A model generated the notes under the pieces. The model did no database searches and had not been told where the DNA came from. It saw nothing but the letters and a program-made list of their open reading frames with translations. From positions 43,173-107,172 of the forward strand of contig DATDFQ010000024.1 in assembly GCA_036522515.1 (NCBI GenBank): a DNA stretch of 64,000 bases, read 5' to 3'. The DNA is from Bacteroidota bacterium (lineage in GTDB: Bacteria; Bacteroidota; Ignavibacteria; UBA10030; SZUA-254). The stretch's first letter is position 1. Every line of letters starts with the position of its first letter. Shown piece after piece: positions 45,947 to 54,875 of the stretch. Both the position numbers and the translations under genes were made by a program.

Positions 45947-47494
45947 ATGCAAGATTTCATTATCGGCACCTACTTCATCTCCCTCACGATCCTCTTCCTG
46001 TTCGGATCGAGCGGCTTCGTGATGATCTATTACTACCTGAAACACCGGCATAAGAAGGCCGAACAGCCGGGAGCCCTTCGGGAGTACCCGCGCGTCACCA
46101 TCCAGCTGCCGCTCTTCAACGAGTATTACGTCGCCGTCCGGCTGATCGATGCGGCCTGCGAGATCGACTATCCGGTGGACCGGCTCGAAATCCAGGTCCT
46201 CGATGATTCGACCGACGAGACGGTGGAGATCGTCGGAGAGCGGATCGAACATTTCCGGAACCTGGGCTTCGACATCAAGCACGTCCGGCGGAGCTCGCGG
46301 GCGGGGTACAAGGCGGGAGCTCTCAAAGAGGGATTAGTGACGGCGAGCGGAGAGTTCATCGCAATGTTCGACGCGGATTTCCTACCGCAAAGGGATTTCC
46401 TCCTGCAGACGGTCCCCTACTTCTTCCTCGACCCGAAGATCGGGCTCGTCCAGACGCGGTGGGAGCATCTGAACCGGGATTACTCGTTCCTCACCCGTGT
46501 GCAGGCGATGGCGCTCGACGGGCACTTTGTGATCGAGCAGAACGTCCGGAACAAGGCCGGATTCTTCATCAACTTCAACGGGACCGGCGGAATCTGGAGG
46601 AAGGAATGCATCCTCGACGCCGGGAACTGGGAAGCCGATACGCTCACAGAAGATCTCGACCTGAGCTACCGCGCGCAGCTGCGGGGATGGCGGTTCAAGT
46701 TTCTCAACGACGTCACCTCTCCGGCGGAACTCCCCTCGGAGATCAACGCGCTGAAATCCCAGCAATTCCGCTGGACGAAGGGCGCCATCGAAACCGCCCG
46801 CAAGATCCTTCCCCATGTCTGGAAATCGAAGCTGCCTCTCGAGAAGAAGATCCATGCGACGTTTCATCTCACGAATAACATCGTATTTCCCTTCATCCTC
46901 GTCGCGGGGATTCTCAACGTCCCGCTCGTCTTCATCAAGCACCAGGGCGGGTATGAGATGTATTTCATGATCATGACCGTGTTTGTCTTCGCGTTTCTCG
47001 GTTCCTTCTTCTTCTACCTCTACTCGCAGAAGGATGTGTACCAGGACTGGCAGAAGCGGATGCTCCTCTTTCCGCTCTTCATGGCGGGAAGCATGGGATT
47101 CGCGGTCAACAACACGAAGGCGGTCCTCGAAGGGTTGATCAGGAGAAAGTCGGAATTCATCCGGACGCCGAAATACTCCGTGATGGATAAACGGGACAAG
47201 TGGCTCGACAAGAAGTATGCTTTGACCAAGGTGGACTACACGGTCGTCATCGAGATCCTTCTGGCTCTCTATTGTTTCTTTGGGGTGTGCGCCTCGGTCT
47301 ACTACCTGGAGCTGGCGGCGGTTCCGTTTCAGCTTCTCTTCTCGTTCGGATTCGGGCTTGTGGCCTGGATGTCGCTGCGCCACGCCTGGCTCGCGCGATC
47401 GCTTGCGCTCCGGAGGCCGGCGATCCCCTTCGACCAGAGCGGTCCGCCGGCGGAAACATCCGTTCCTGAGGAACAGGTTGCGCTTCTCACCTGA
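45947..47494 (+). CDS. processive family-2 glycosyltransferase (cellulose-synthase-like; D,D,D,QxxRW)
   Basis: ...QVLDDSTDET..., FDADF, TEDLDLSYRAQLRGWRF, QQFRWTKG. N- and C-terminal TM helices. Confidence 0.8.
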   Translation: MQDFIIGTYFISLTILFLFGSSGFVMIYYYLKHRHKKAEQPGALREYPRVTIQLPLFNEYYVAVRLIDAACEIDYPVDRLEIQVLDDSTDETVEIVGERIEHFRNLGFDIKHVRRSSRAGYKAGALKEGLVTASGEFIAMFDADFLPQRDFLLQTVPYFFLDPKIGLVQTRWEHLNRDYSFLTRVQAMALDGHFVIEQNVRNKAGFFINFNGTGGIWRKECILDAGNWEADTLTEDLDLSYRAQLRGWRFKFLNDVTSPAELPSEINALKSQQFRWTKGAIETARKILPHVWKSKLPLEKKIHATFHLTNNIVFPFILVAGILNVPLVFIKHQGGYEMYFMIMTVFVFAFLGSFFFYLYSQKDVYQDWQKRMLLFPLFMAGSMGFAVNNTKAVLEGLIRRKSEFIRTPKYSVMDKRDKWLDKKYALTKVDYTVVIEILLALYCFFGVCASVYYLELAAVPFQLLFSFGFGLVAWMSLRHAWLARSLALRRPAIPFDQSGPPAETSVPEEQVALLT

Positions 47495-47506
47495 GGCCCT
47501 CCCTCG

Positions 47507-48352
47507 ATGAACTATTCCCAGATTGCCTCCCGTCTCGAGCGGTATCCTGCCTCACCGCTCTTTGCCCGGTTGGCAAGCGAGTACCTCGACTCCGGCCGTG
47601 TCTCCGACGCGCGAGCGCTTTGCACCGCCGGGCTCCTCGAATATCCTGAGTACTCGACGGGGCATCTGATCCTCGCCGAGTGCCATGCTGCGGAGAACCG
47701 GTACCGCGATGCGGTTGAATCGCTGAGGCGGGCGCTTGACTTGAATCCGGATTCCCTCCTCTTTTCCGGTTTGCTGGAAGAGTGGGAGGAACTCCTGGAA
47801 GTCGCGGGGGAATACGCAGAACCGCCCGAAGCGGAAAGTGAAATCACGTCAGGAGAGACTGAATCTGAGAGTACAATTCTACTGGAGGCCGCCCCTTCCG
47901 AAGCTATCCCAACCCAACCCGAACCGATCCAACCTGCCGATGACTGGGTTCAAGTAGCATTAGAATCCGCTGCGACGCCTCCCGGAGAGAAATCTCCGGA
48001 AATCGCGGACGCTCCTCCGGCGATTTCAGCGCCGCCGGTACGGGCCGAGGCCCCGCCTCCGGAACCGGTAACGATTCCACCACTGCAGTCCGCGGCGGTC
48101 CCTACGTTGATAGCGCAGGATCAGGAGGATGATGCAGCAACGGTGACGATCACACCTTCTCTGGGGGCTGGAGAAGAGTTCAGCGATGCGGGGAGGATCG
48201 TAAGCAAGACGCTCGCAGAGATCTACGTGACACAGGGAGCCTTCGATGAGGCGATTCTCACTTACCGGTTACTGAAGCGCACGCGGCCTGAATTGGTTCC
48301 GCAAATCGAGATGCGTATCGTTGAGTTGGAGGGACTCTCGAGGGGGAGGTAA
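47507..48352 (+). CDS. TPR-repeat protein with acidic/Pro-rich central region
   Basis: N-terminal TPR-like helices (ARLASEYLDSGRVSDARALCTAGLLEYPEYSTGHLILAECHAAENRYRDAVESLRRALDLNP) and C-terminal TPR-like segment AEIYVTQGAFDEAILTYRLL. Confidence 0.55.
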   Translation: MNYSQIASRLERYPASPLFARLASEYLDSGRVSDARALCTAGLLEYPEYSTGHLILAECHAAENRYRDAVESLRRALDLNPDSLLFSGLLEEWEELLEVAGEYAEPPEAESEITSGETESESTILLEAAPSEAIPTQPEPIQPADDWVQVALESAATPPGEKSPEIADAPPAISAPPVRAEAPPPEPVTIPPLQSAAVPTLIAQDQEDDAATVTITPSLGAGEEFSDAGRIVSKTLAEIYVTQGAFDEAILTYRLLKRTRPELVPQIEMRIVELEGLSRGR

Positions 48353-48370
48353 AACCCATGAGGGAGATCC

Positions 48371-48400
48371 CGGCCAAAAGCGCGCCGGGATGACGTTGAA
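48371..48400. repeat. C-family hairpin with compensatory stem variant (CCCGGC / GCCGGG) just downstream of rpsT
   Basis: atcccggccaaaagcgcgccgggatgacg; same loop position and ATGACG tail as the other C-family copies. Confidence 0.6.
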
Positions 48401-48404
48401 ACCG

Positions 48405-48659
48405 TTACTTCAGGGTGGAGACGAACTTGGTGAGCCGGGACTTCTTGTTGGAGGCGTTGTTGCGGTGGATGAGACCCTTCGCCGCGAGCTGATCGAGGAG
48501 CTTCACAACCTGCTTTAAAGCTGCCGCTGCCTTGTCCTTTTCCTTCGATTGACGCACCCGTTTGATCGCTGTCTTCATTTTGGACGCGTATGCCCTGTTC
48601 CGGTCGCGGTGCTTCAATGCCTTGCGTGCCTGCCTGATTGCGGATAAATGTTTGGCCAT
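48405..48659 (-). CDS. rpsT: 30S ribosomal protein S20
   Basis: MAKHLSAIRQARKALKHRDRNRAYASKMKTAIKRV... full-length S20 similarity. AGGAGAGA SD. Confidence 0.9.
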   Translation of the reverse strand: MAKHLSAIRQARKALKHRDRNRAYASKMKTAIKRVRQSKEKDKAAAALKQVVKLLDQLAAKGLIHRNNASNKKSRLTKFVSTLK

Positions 48660-48702
48660 TCTCTCCTGATCCTTCGAAATATGGTTAAAAAACGCCCTTC
48701 AA

Positions 48703-48730
48703 TATAGCTAAAATTTCGGAGAGGAGCAAT
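48703..48730 (-). promoter_or_regulatory. putative sigma70-type promoter for rpsT (TTGCTC-16/17-TATATT)
   Basis: Minus-strand reading gives gaTTGCTCctctccgaaattttagcTATATTgaagg, about 40 nt upstream of the rpsT ATG. Confidence 0.3.
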
Positions 48731-48736
48731 CAGAAA

Positions 48737-48856
48737 CGTAGGGTCTCACTTACAAGAGACATGTCATCCTGAGCGGAACAAAGTGGAGCGAAGGATCTCC
48801 ACACGACAATCTGTGAGATCCTTCGCTTCGCTCAGGATGACAAAGTGAGACCCTAC
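48737..48856. mobile_element. 120-bp MITE-like perfect palindromic element (D-family core) with 14-bp terminal inverted repeats GTAGGGTCTCACTT / AAGTGAGACCCTAC
   Basis: gtagggtctcacttacaagagacatgtcatcctgagcg...gagcgaaggatctc [loop cacacgacaatctgt] gagatccttcgcttcgctcaggatgacaaagtgagaccctac. Nearly every base of the left arm pairs with the right arm. Confidence 0.7.
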
Positions 48857-48858
48857 TT

Positions 48859-49719
48859 TCAAAAGAGCGTATAACTCAGCCCAATCGCAATAGCCTCTTT
48901 GACCTGAGTCCGGGGGCTCACTCGCTGCTCATTGATCAACTGGAGGCCGAAGATGGCGGTCACGTACTTGTTCACCTTCCCCGTGATTCCTGTCGTGCTC
49001 CGTACCACGACCACATCGAGGTGCTTGAACGGATCGAAGAGCTCCAGTTGGGTCGTAAAGAGTATGTTCTCCGCGAGCTGGAATTCTATGTTCGTGACTG
49101 ACTCCAATCCGCCGTCCACGGTGTTCTTCTCGATCTCGGTCGTCGCCGGATCATCCGTGTATTGATTGAAGTTACTCGTAATCACTTCGCGCAGGCCAAC
49201 CCCGAGCCGCGTCCGGAATTGCTTGGAGGGCTCGTACCCCACGCCCGCGCTCTGAAGCAGATAGGCGGGATCGAAGAAATTAGAGACCTCGGTGCTCGTC
49301 CCGTCCGACTTGTAAGCATACCCCTTTGCGAACTGCGACTTGAAGCTCGCAGCAGCATACGGATTGAGATACTTATCGATCTTGTAGGTAAACACGGTGG
49401 AAAGATCGATGATGTCGTCGGTTTTCCTCAAACCCTGGTCGCCAAGCCGCGTCTGTCCGAACGCAAACTTGTAAAGCGTCGTCCAGTTGGTGCCCAGCTC
49501 GTCGTCTTCCGCCTTCCCATCGGCCGAGAGGGAGTAGGAGAGGGCGTTTTCACCCCCCTGCGCCCAATCCGTAAATGCGATTTGCGTAAGAGTCAGGCCG
49601 GCCACGAGGCTGTTCTTCATTCCGTAGACCGGAGGAGGCGGGGCTGGCGTCGAGTCGGGTGCCTGCGCGCAAAGCGTGCCCGCCCAGAGGATCAATACCC
49701 CAAGCGCTAGTCTCTTCAT
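48859..49719 (-). CDS. DUF3078-family outer-membrane beta-barrel protein
   Basis: Signal peptide. LTQIAFTDWAQGGENALSYSL motif characteristic of DUF3078. C-terminal ...IGLSYTLF. Confidence 0.75.
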   Translation of the reverse strand: MKRLALGVLILWAGTLCAQAPDSTPAPPPPVYGMKNSLVAGLTLTQIAFTDWAQGGENALSYSLSADGKAEDDELGTNWTTLYKFAFGQTRLGDQGLRKTDDIIDLSTVFTYKIDKYLNPYAAASFKSQFAKGYAYKSDGTSTEVSNFFDPAYLLQSAGVGYEPSKQFRTRLGVGLREVITSNFNQYTDDPATTEIEKNTVDGGLESVTNIEFQLAENILFTTQLELFDPFKHLDVVVVRSTTGITGKVNKYVTAIFGLQLINEQRVSPRTQVKEAIAIGLSYTLF

Positions 49720-49732
49720 CGTAATTCCTTAT

Positions 49733-50032
49733 TTACCGTTTTGCGACTTTTTCTTCCTTCAGGATTTTTTTCGCGAAATAGAAGACGATCAGCGCGACAA
49801 TCAGAAAATCAAGGAGAGCCCCGAAGAAAGGCCCGAGCAGGAAGTGGAACGGGCCGACGTCGAGGGTCGCCTTTCTCCATTCCCCTCCCGGTATGAAGAA
49901 GGTGAGGATGGGCATGAGGATGCCGTCCACCGACGTACTCACGAGGGCATTGAGTTTTCCCCCGATGATGACGGCGATGGCCAGACCGATCACCCCATAC
50001 TCTTTCAGGAATTCTACGAATTCTTTCAGCAT
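49733..50032 (-). CDS. mscL: large-conductance mechanosensitive channel
   Basis: MLKEFVEFLKEYGVIGLAIAVIIGGKLNALVSTSVDGILMP...FLIVALIVFYFAKK matches the MscL TM1/TM2 pattern. Confidence 0.85.
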   Translation of the reverse strand: MLKEFVEFLKEYGVIGLAIAVIIGGKLNALVSTSVDGILMPILTFFIPGGEWRKATLDVGPFHFLLGPFFGALLDFLIVALIVFYFAKKILKEEKVAKR

Positions 50033-50116
50033 GACGGTTCCCTCCTATGGTTGATGCGACACATGGATCAGGCAGGGGTCAATATACCCTCCGGATCGGT
50101 GAAAGTCAAAAGGAAT

Positions 50117-50145
50117 TTGCATTCCACTGGCCCGCCTTGTATATT
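50117..50145 (+). promoter_or_regulatory. putative promoter of the thiamine-uptake operon (TTGCAT-17-TATATT)
   Basis: TTGCAT at 50117-50122 and TATATT at 50140-50145, placing +1 about 50152, immediately before riboswitch stem P1. Confidence 0.3.
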
Positions 50146-50153
50146 CCCATTGT

Positions 50154-50240
50154 CGTCCGTTAGGGGTGTCCCGCAAAAAAGGGACTGAGAACATACCCTG
50201 GAAACCTGATCTGGATCATGCCAGCGTAGGGAAACGGAAG
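50154..50240 (+). promoter_or_regulatory. TPP (thiamine pyrophosphate, THI-box) riboswitch
   Basis: gtccgttaGGGGTGtCCcgcaaaaaagggaCTGAGAacatACCCtgGAAACCTGATCTGGATCATGCCAGCGtAGGGAaacggaa contains all conserved THI-element blocks (GGGGUGCC, CUGAGA, ACCC, AACCUGAUCUGGAUAAUGCCAGCG, AGGGA) with P1 tccgtt/aacgga. Confidence 0.85.
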
Positions 50241-50252
50241 GGAAATTGCTCA

Positions 50253-50301
50253 GCGCCGTTTTTCCCTCCATTTTCCGGAGGGGAAAACGGCGTTGTCATT
50301 T
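50253..50301 (+). terminator. riboswitch expression-platform terminator (attenuator)
   Basis: gcgccgtttttccctcc-attttcc-ggaggggaaaacggcg is a perfect 16-bp stem followed by ttgtcattt, 20 nt before the TonB-receptor ATG. Confidence 0.55.
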
Positions 50302-50320
50302 AATCGGAAAGAACCCATCG

Positions 50321-52597
50321 ATGAAGTACCTCACACTTGTTTTGTCATTAGGAGCCCTTGCCCCGCCTCTCCCGGCGCAGGACACGCTTCTTGTGACCCG
50401 AGATTCCGTCTACTCATATCTCCCCGCAGTCATTGTGACCGCGACGCAGGCCCGGGAACGGGAGACTCCTGTGACATTCTCAACCTTGACGCAGGCTCAA
50501 CTGTCAGAACGCTATTCCGTGCAAGATATCCCCGTTCTCCTTTCAGATCTCCCTTCCATGACGTTCTATTCCGAAAACGGGAACGGGATCGGCTATAACT
50601 ACGTGAACCTCCGGGGATTCGACCAGCGCCGCCTCTCCGTGATGATCAACGGGGTGCCGCAGAACGACCCTGAGGATCATAATGTATATTGGATTGATTT
50701 CCCGGATCTCCTTGGAAGCACCGGTAGCGTGCAGGTGCAGCGCGGGGCCGGAAGCGCCTTCTACGGACCGCCGGCCATCGGCGGATCGATCAACCTGGTC
50801 ACGGATCCCTTCAACAGAAAGCCGGGGATCACGGTCGAGTCGGAACTCGGCTTCCAGGAGTTCTCGGACAGCACGACGTCTCTTCCGATCGCGACGCGCA
50901 AATACGCCGTGTCCGTGAATTCAGGACTCGTCGGGAAACAATACATGGTGTATGGACGGCTTGGAAGAATCCAAAGCGACGGGTACCGCACCAACTCGTG
51001 GGTGAACCTCGATTCCTATTTTCTCGGAGCCATCAGGATCGACAGGGAGATGACGACCCGCCTTGAGTTTTATGGCGGGCCACTGACCGACGGCCTCGCG
51101 TACACCGGCCTCCCGAAGTTCGTCAACGACAACCCCCGGCTTCGACGGCAGAATCTCGCCGATTGGGGGCTCGACTCGACCGGTTCGGGATACTCCTATG
51201 CGACGCAGAGAAGGCCGCAGGAAAGCGAGAGTTTTTCACAGCCCCACTATGAATTGATCCACGACTGGCGTCTCTCTCCCGGGACAACGCTCCATAACAC
51301 GCTCTTTTACTATACCGGGGACGGTTACTTCGACTACGACGCGTCGTGGGCCGACACATCGTTGCTTCGGATCGGATCATTGTACGGGTTTCCGACGGCC
51401 CAGAACCCGGCGAACGCCCTTGTCCGCGCGTTCGTGGGAAATAAGCAGTGGGGATGGCTTCCGAATATCGGGATCGATCATACTTCCGGGACATTGACCC
51501 TTGGGGCCGAGGTCCGCATTCATCGCTCCACACACTGGGGCAAGATCCAGTACGCGGAGGGCCTTCCGCCGAATTTCGACCCCGACTATCACTTTTATGA
51601 ATATAACGGAGAGAAGGACATCCTCTCGGTTTTCGGGCACGAGCTCTATCGGCCGCAGGAGAATCTCACGCTGATGTTCGATCTTCAGCTGGTCCGCAAC
51701 CGGTATGGAATCAGCAACGAAAAGTATCTGGGCGAAAACTTCAGCCTCCCCTACTTCTTCGCGAACCCGCGCGTCGGAGCAAATTACAATCTCAACCCTG
51801 AATGGAACGGATATCTGTCGCTCGCCTATACCTCGCGTGAACCGGTCTTGCGAAACCTCTACGCGGTAGAGGATTCCTATTTCGGGGCCACGCCCCAGTT
51901 CGAGGCCGACACGTCAGGCGGCACGGTGAGATATGATTTCACGAAGCCGCTCGCAAAGCCCGAGCGGTTGCTCGACATCGAAGCGGGAGCAGTGTACAGA
52001 GGGGCGAACGCGGAGTTCTCGGCCGATGTGTTCTGGATGGAGTTCAGCGATGAGCTTGTCAAAAGCGGCCAGGTGGACATCTTCGGCCAGCCCGTCACCG
52101 GCAATGCAGATCGGACGCGTCATATTGGGGTGGAGCTCGACGGAAGACTCTCAGCAGGCCCCATGTTCTCAATCAGCGGAAATCTTACGCTCTCTCACAA
52201 TCGGCTCATCCGGTACAGCGTGATCGACGACGCAGGAATCATCCAGCAGGGCGCGCGGGTCGATCTCGACGGCAATTCCATCGCGGGATTTCCCGACGTA
52301 CTCGGGAATCTCCGGGCCACCTTTAGGAGTGACGACGGGGAAGTCTCCTTTTCGGCAAAATACGTGGGGCCATTCTATACTGATAACTTCAAGATTGAGG
52401 ATCACAGAAATGACGCGTATACCCTCATCGACGCCGAAGCGCTCGATCGGATCGCCACCATAGGCGGGGTGGAGCTCTCTCTCCGATTCGAGATACACAA
52501 CGTGTTCAACAGATTCTTTTCCCTGAGCGGGGAAGGGAACGCCTTCTTCCCGGCAGCGGAACGAAGCTATCTCTGGGGGATGAAGGTCGATCTGTGA
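50321..52597 (+). CDS. TonB-dependent outer-membrane receptor (thiamine-regulated)
   Basis: Signal peptide MKYLTLVLSLGALAPPLPAQ. TonB-box-like DTLLVT. Plug domain (NYVNLRGFDQRRLSVMINGVPQNDPE...). C-terminal beta-barrel ending in an aromatic residue. Start at MKY (ATG 50321). Confidence 0.85.
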   Translation: MKYLTLVLSLGALAPPLPAQDTLLVTRDSVYSYLPAVIVTATQARERETPVTFSTLTQAQLSERYSVQDIPVLLSDLPSMTFYSENGNGIGYNYVNLRGFDQRRLSVMINGVPQNDPEDHNVYWIDFPDLLGSTGSVQVQRGAGSAFYGPPAIGGSINLVTDPFNRKPGITVESELGFQEFSDSTTSLPIATRKYAVSVNSGLVGKQYMVYGRLGRIQSDGYRTNSWVNLDSYFLGAIRIDREMTTRLEFYGGPLTDGLAYTGLPKFVNDNPRLRRQNLADWGLDSTGSGYSYATQRRPQESESFSQPHYELIHDWRLSPGTTLHNTLFYYTGDGYFDYDASWADTSLLRIGSLYGFPTAQNPANALVRAFVGNKQWGWLPNIGIDHTSGTLTLGAEVRIHRSTHWGKIQYAEGLPPNFDPDYHFYEYNGEKDILSVFGHELYRPQENLTLMFDLQLVRNRYGISNEKYLGENFSLPYFFANPRVGANYNLNPEWNGYLSLAYTSREPVLRNLYAVEDSYFGATPQFEADTSGGTVRYDFTKPLAKPERLLDIEAGAVYRGANAEFSADVFWMEFSDELVKSGQVDIFGQPVTGNADRTRHIGVELDGRLSAGPMFSISGNLTLSHNRLIRYSVIDDAGIIQQGARVDLDGNSIAGFPDVLGNLRATFRSDDGEVSFSAKYVGPFYTDNFKIEDHRNDAYTLIDAEALDRIATIGGVELSLRFEIHNVFNRFFSLSGEGNAFFPAAERSYLWGMKVDL

Positions 52598-53274
52598 CCC
52601 TCAGAAATCGTCCCACGAGAAAGCGCTACGCCCCGTCGGCTTTGCTCCACGCTCTGATTATCGCCAACGGCACCCTCCCTCCTGCCCCGATGGTCCGGCG
52701 GCTGCGCCAACGTGCAGACCTTGTCGTTTGCGCCGATGGCGGAGCAAACCGGGCGCGGAGCGCGGGGATAACGCCCGACATCATACTCGGCGATATGGAC
52801 TCACTTACCGCCGCGACGAAGCGCTTCTATCGAGGTGTTCCACTTTTTAGGATCCCCGATCAGGAGAGCACCGACCTGGAGAAGGCGATCCTCTTCTGTA
52901 TCACGCTGGGGACGGCTTCAGTCGATGTTCTGGGTGCGCTTGGAGATCGGATCGATCACATCACCGGAAGCCTGGGCTGCTTCAAAAGGTTTGGAGAAAG
53001 GATAGAGCTTCGCCTCATAGATGAGATCGGCGAGCTAACCCGCATCCGAAAGAGAGTGAGCTTGAAAACAAGAAAGGGGGAGAAAATTTCCCTCATTCCC
53101 GTGGACCGGTGTGCCGGCGTTACGACGAAGAATCTTAAATACCCGTTGAAGAACGCATTCCTGGAAACCGGCGTTCGCGAAGGAATCAGCAACGAGGCGA
53201 CCGGCCGATCGGCATCGGTTTCGGTTGCGAAAGGGACTCTGCTTCTGTTCAGGTTTTGGGATGAGAGCCGGTAG
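52594..53274 (+). CDS. thiN: thiamine pyrophosphokinase
   Basis: ALIIANGTLPP...ADLVVCADGGANRARSAGITPDIILGDMDS matches the TPK catalytic N-domain. 4-nt overlap with the receptor gene. Confidence 0.8.
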   Translation: MTLRNRPTRKRYAPSALLHALIIANGTLPPAPMVRRLRQRADLVVCADGGANRARSAGITPDIILGDMDSLTAATKRFYRGVPLFRIPDQESTDLEKAILFCITLGTASVDVLGALGDRIDHITGSLGCFKRFGERIELRLIDEIGELTRIRKRVSLKTRKGEKISLIPVDRCAGVTTKNLKYPLKNAFLETGVREGISNEATGRSASVSVAKGTLLLFRFWDESR

Positions 53275-53295
53275 TTTCGGGAAGGCTCGACCGGG

Positions 53296-54744
53296 ATGAT
53301 TCATCTCGCCCTTTCAGACGTCATCGTCATCCTCCTTTACTTCGGAGGCGTCCTGTTCGTCGGTTTTCGGTCCGCCCGGAGAACGGCGGATTCCGAGGAA
53401 GATTTCCTGCTGGCAGGCCGTTCACTCACCCTCCCCATCTTCGTGATGACGCTCGTTTCCACCTGGTACGGCGGCATTCTTGGCGTCGGAGAATTCTCCT
53501 ACCGGTACGGAGTGTCAAATTGGGTGGTTCAGGGGGTCCCCTACTACATCTTCGCAGCGATCTTTGCGTTTATCCTCGCGAAGAAAATCCGGGCGACAAA
53601 CCTCTTCTCGATCCCGGATAAACTTGCCGCCTCGTACGACCGGAAGACCGCCGTTCTCGGTTCGGTGCTGACTTTCGTTCTCATGACGCCGGCCCCCTAT
53701 ATCCTGATGCTCGCCGTATTCATCCAGATGCTGTTCGGGTGGAGCCTGGTGGTGAGCCTCCTTGTCACCGCTATTGTCGCGGTTTCGTACCTTTTCGCCG
53801 GGGGATTCCGGGCGGATGTTGAAACCGACGTCCTCGAATTCTTCCTGATGTTCATCGGCTTCGCGGTCATCCTTCCATATTGCGGCATCCGGTTCGGCGG
53901 CTGGGAGTACCTCCAGTCGCACCTCCCGCCGTTACACCTGACGTGGCACGGAGGAAACTCGATCCAGTACATCCTGGTCTGGTTTTTCATCGCGCTCTGG
54001 ACGCTTGTCGACCCGGCGTTCCACCAGCGGTGCTATGCCGCAAAAAGCGGGGATGTCGCCCAAAGAGGCATTCTCATATCAATCGCGTTCTGGTTTCTGT
54101 TCGATTTCATGACAGCAACGGCGGGACTCTACGCCAGGGCCTCACTCCCCGCTCTGCAGGAACCGATGATGGCGTATCCGATGCTCGCCGAAGAGGTCCT
54201 CCCCCCGATCGCAAAAGGACTCTTCTACGTGGGGATGCTCGCGACGATCATGTCGACGCTGAATACGCTCGCGTTCGTGTCCGCGCAGACGCTGGGGAGA
54301 GATATCCTGTTACGAATGGGATTCGGCGGGGGGATGAGAAACGGTGCCGAACCCGTGGGCCTCGAAGGGTCGAGTCTCTCGAAGCGATACACGCAGATGG
54401 GCCTCATCCTGGCATTCGTCGTTTCGGTGGCCATCGCACTCGCGATACCGAGCGTGATCAAGATCTGGTATACGATCGGCACGGTTATCATCCCGGGTCT
54501 CCTGGTGCCCCTGATCGCGAGCTATTTCGAATCGTTGAAGATATCCGCCCGGTATGCGTTTCTTGCGATGGCGGCAGGATGGCTCACGTCGCTCGTGTGG
54601 CTGATTGCCGGGTTGGGTGAGAGTTCGGGAAAATATCCTCTCGGAATCGAGCCGATGTATCCCGGGTTGGCATTGAGCGTTGGGATATGGGGGGTGGGAA
54701 GGGCGAGCATGGTAAGGACGGCCGGGCGAAAGAACGCGGCCTGA
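53296..54744 (+). CDS. sodium:solute symporter (SSS) family transporter; candidate thiamine/precursor permease (ThiV-like) by context
   Basis: 482 aa with about 13 TM helices. ...FLLAGRSLTLPIFVMTLVSTWYGGILGVGEFSY... SSS signature. Last codons run into the repeat block. Confidence 0.75.
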   Translation: MIHLALSDVIVILLYFGGVLFVGFRSARRTADSEEDFLLAGRSLTLPIFVMTLVSTWYGGILGVGEFSYRYGVSNWVVQGVPYYIFAAIFAFILAKKIRATNLFSIPDKLAASYDRKTAVLGSVLTFVLMTPAPYILMLAVFIQMLFGWSLVVSLLVTAIVAVSYLFAGGFRADVETDVLEFFLMFIGFAVILPYCGIRFGGWEYLQSHLPPLHLTWHGGNSIQYILVWFFIALWTLVDPAFHQRCYAAKSGDVAQRGILISIAFWFLFDFMTATAGLYARASLPALQEPMMAYPMLAEEVLPPIAKGLFYVGMLATIMSTLNTLAFVSAQTLGRDILLRMGFGGGMRNGAEPVGLEGSSLSKRYTQMGLILAFVVSVAIALAIPSVIKIWYTIGTVIIPGLLVPLIASYFESLKISARYAFLAMAAGWLTSLVWLIAGLGESSGKYPLGIEPMYPGLALSVGIWGVGRASMVRTAGRKNAA

Positions 54745-54860
54745 AGGCCGCGCCTACCGACTATCAAGGTTTCGGCGCGGAGCGCCGATGTATGCGTTCC
54801 CACGCAGAGCGTGGGAACGAGAAGGCCTGAAGGCCGCGGCTACCTGCCGCGGCCCCAGCC
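54735..54860. repeat. A - GC-hairpin - B - A composite repeat
   Basis: gcggcctgaaggccgcgcctaccga; ggcgcggagcgccg; tgcgttcccacgcagagcgtgggaacgag; ggcctgaaggccgcggctacc. Confidence 0.8.
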
Positions 54861-54875
54861 AGTCTTGCGTAGTGG

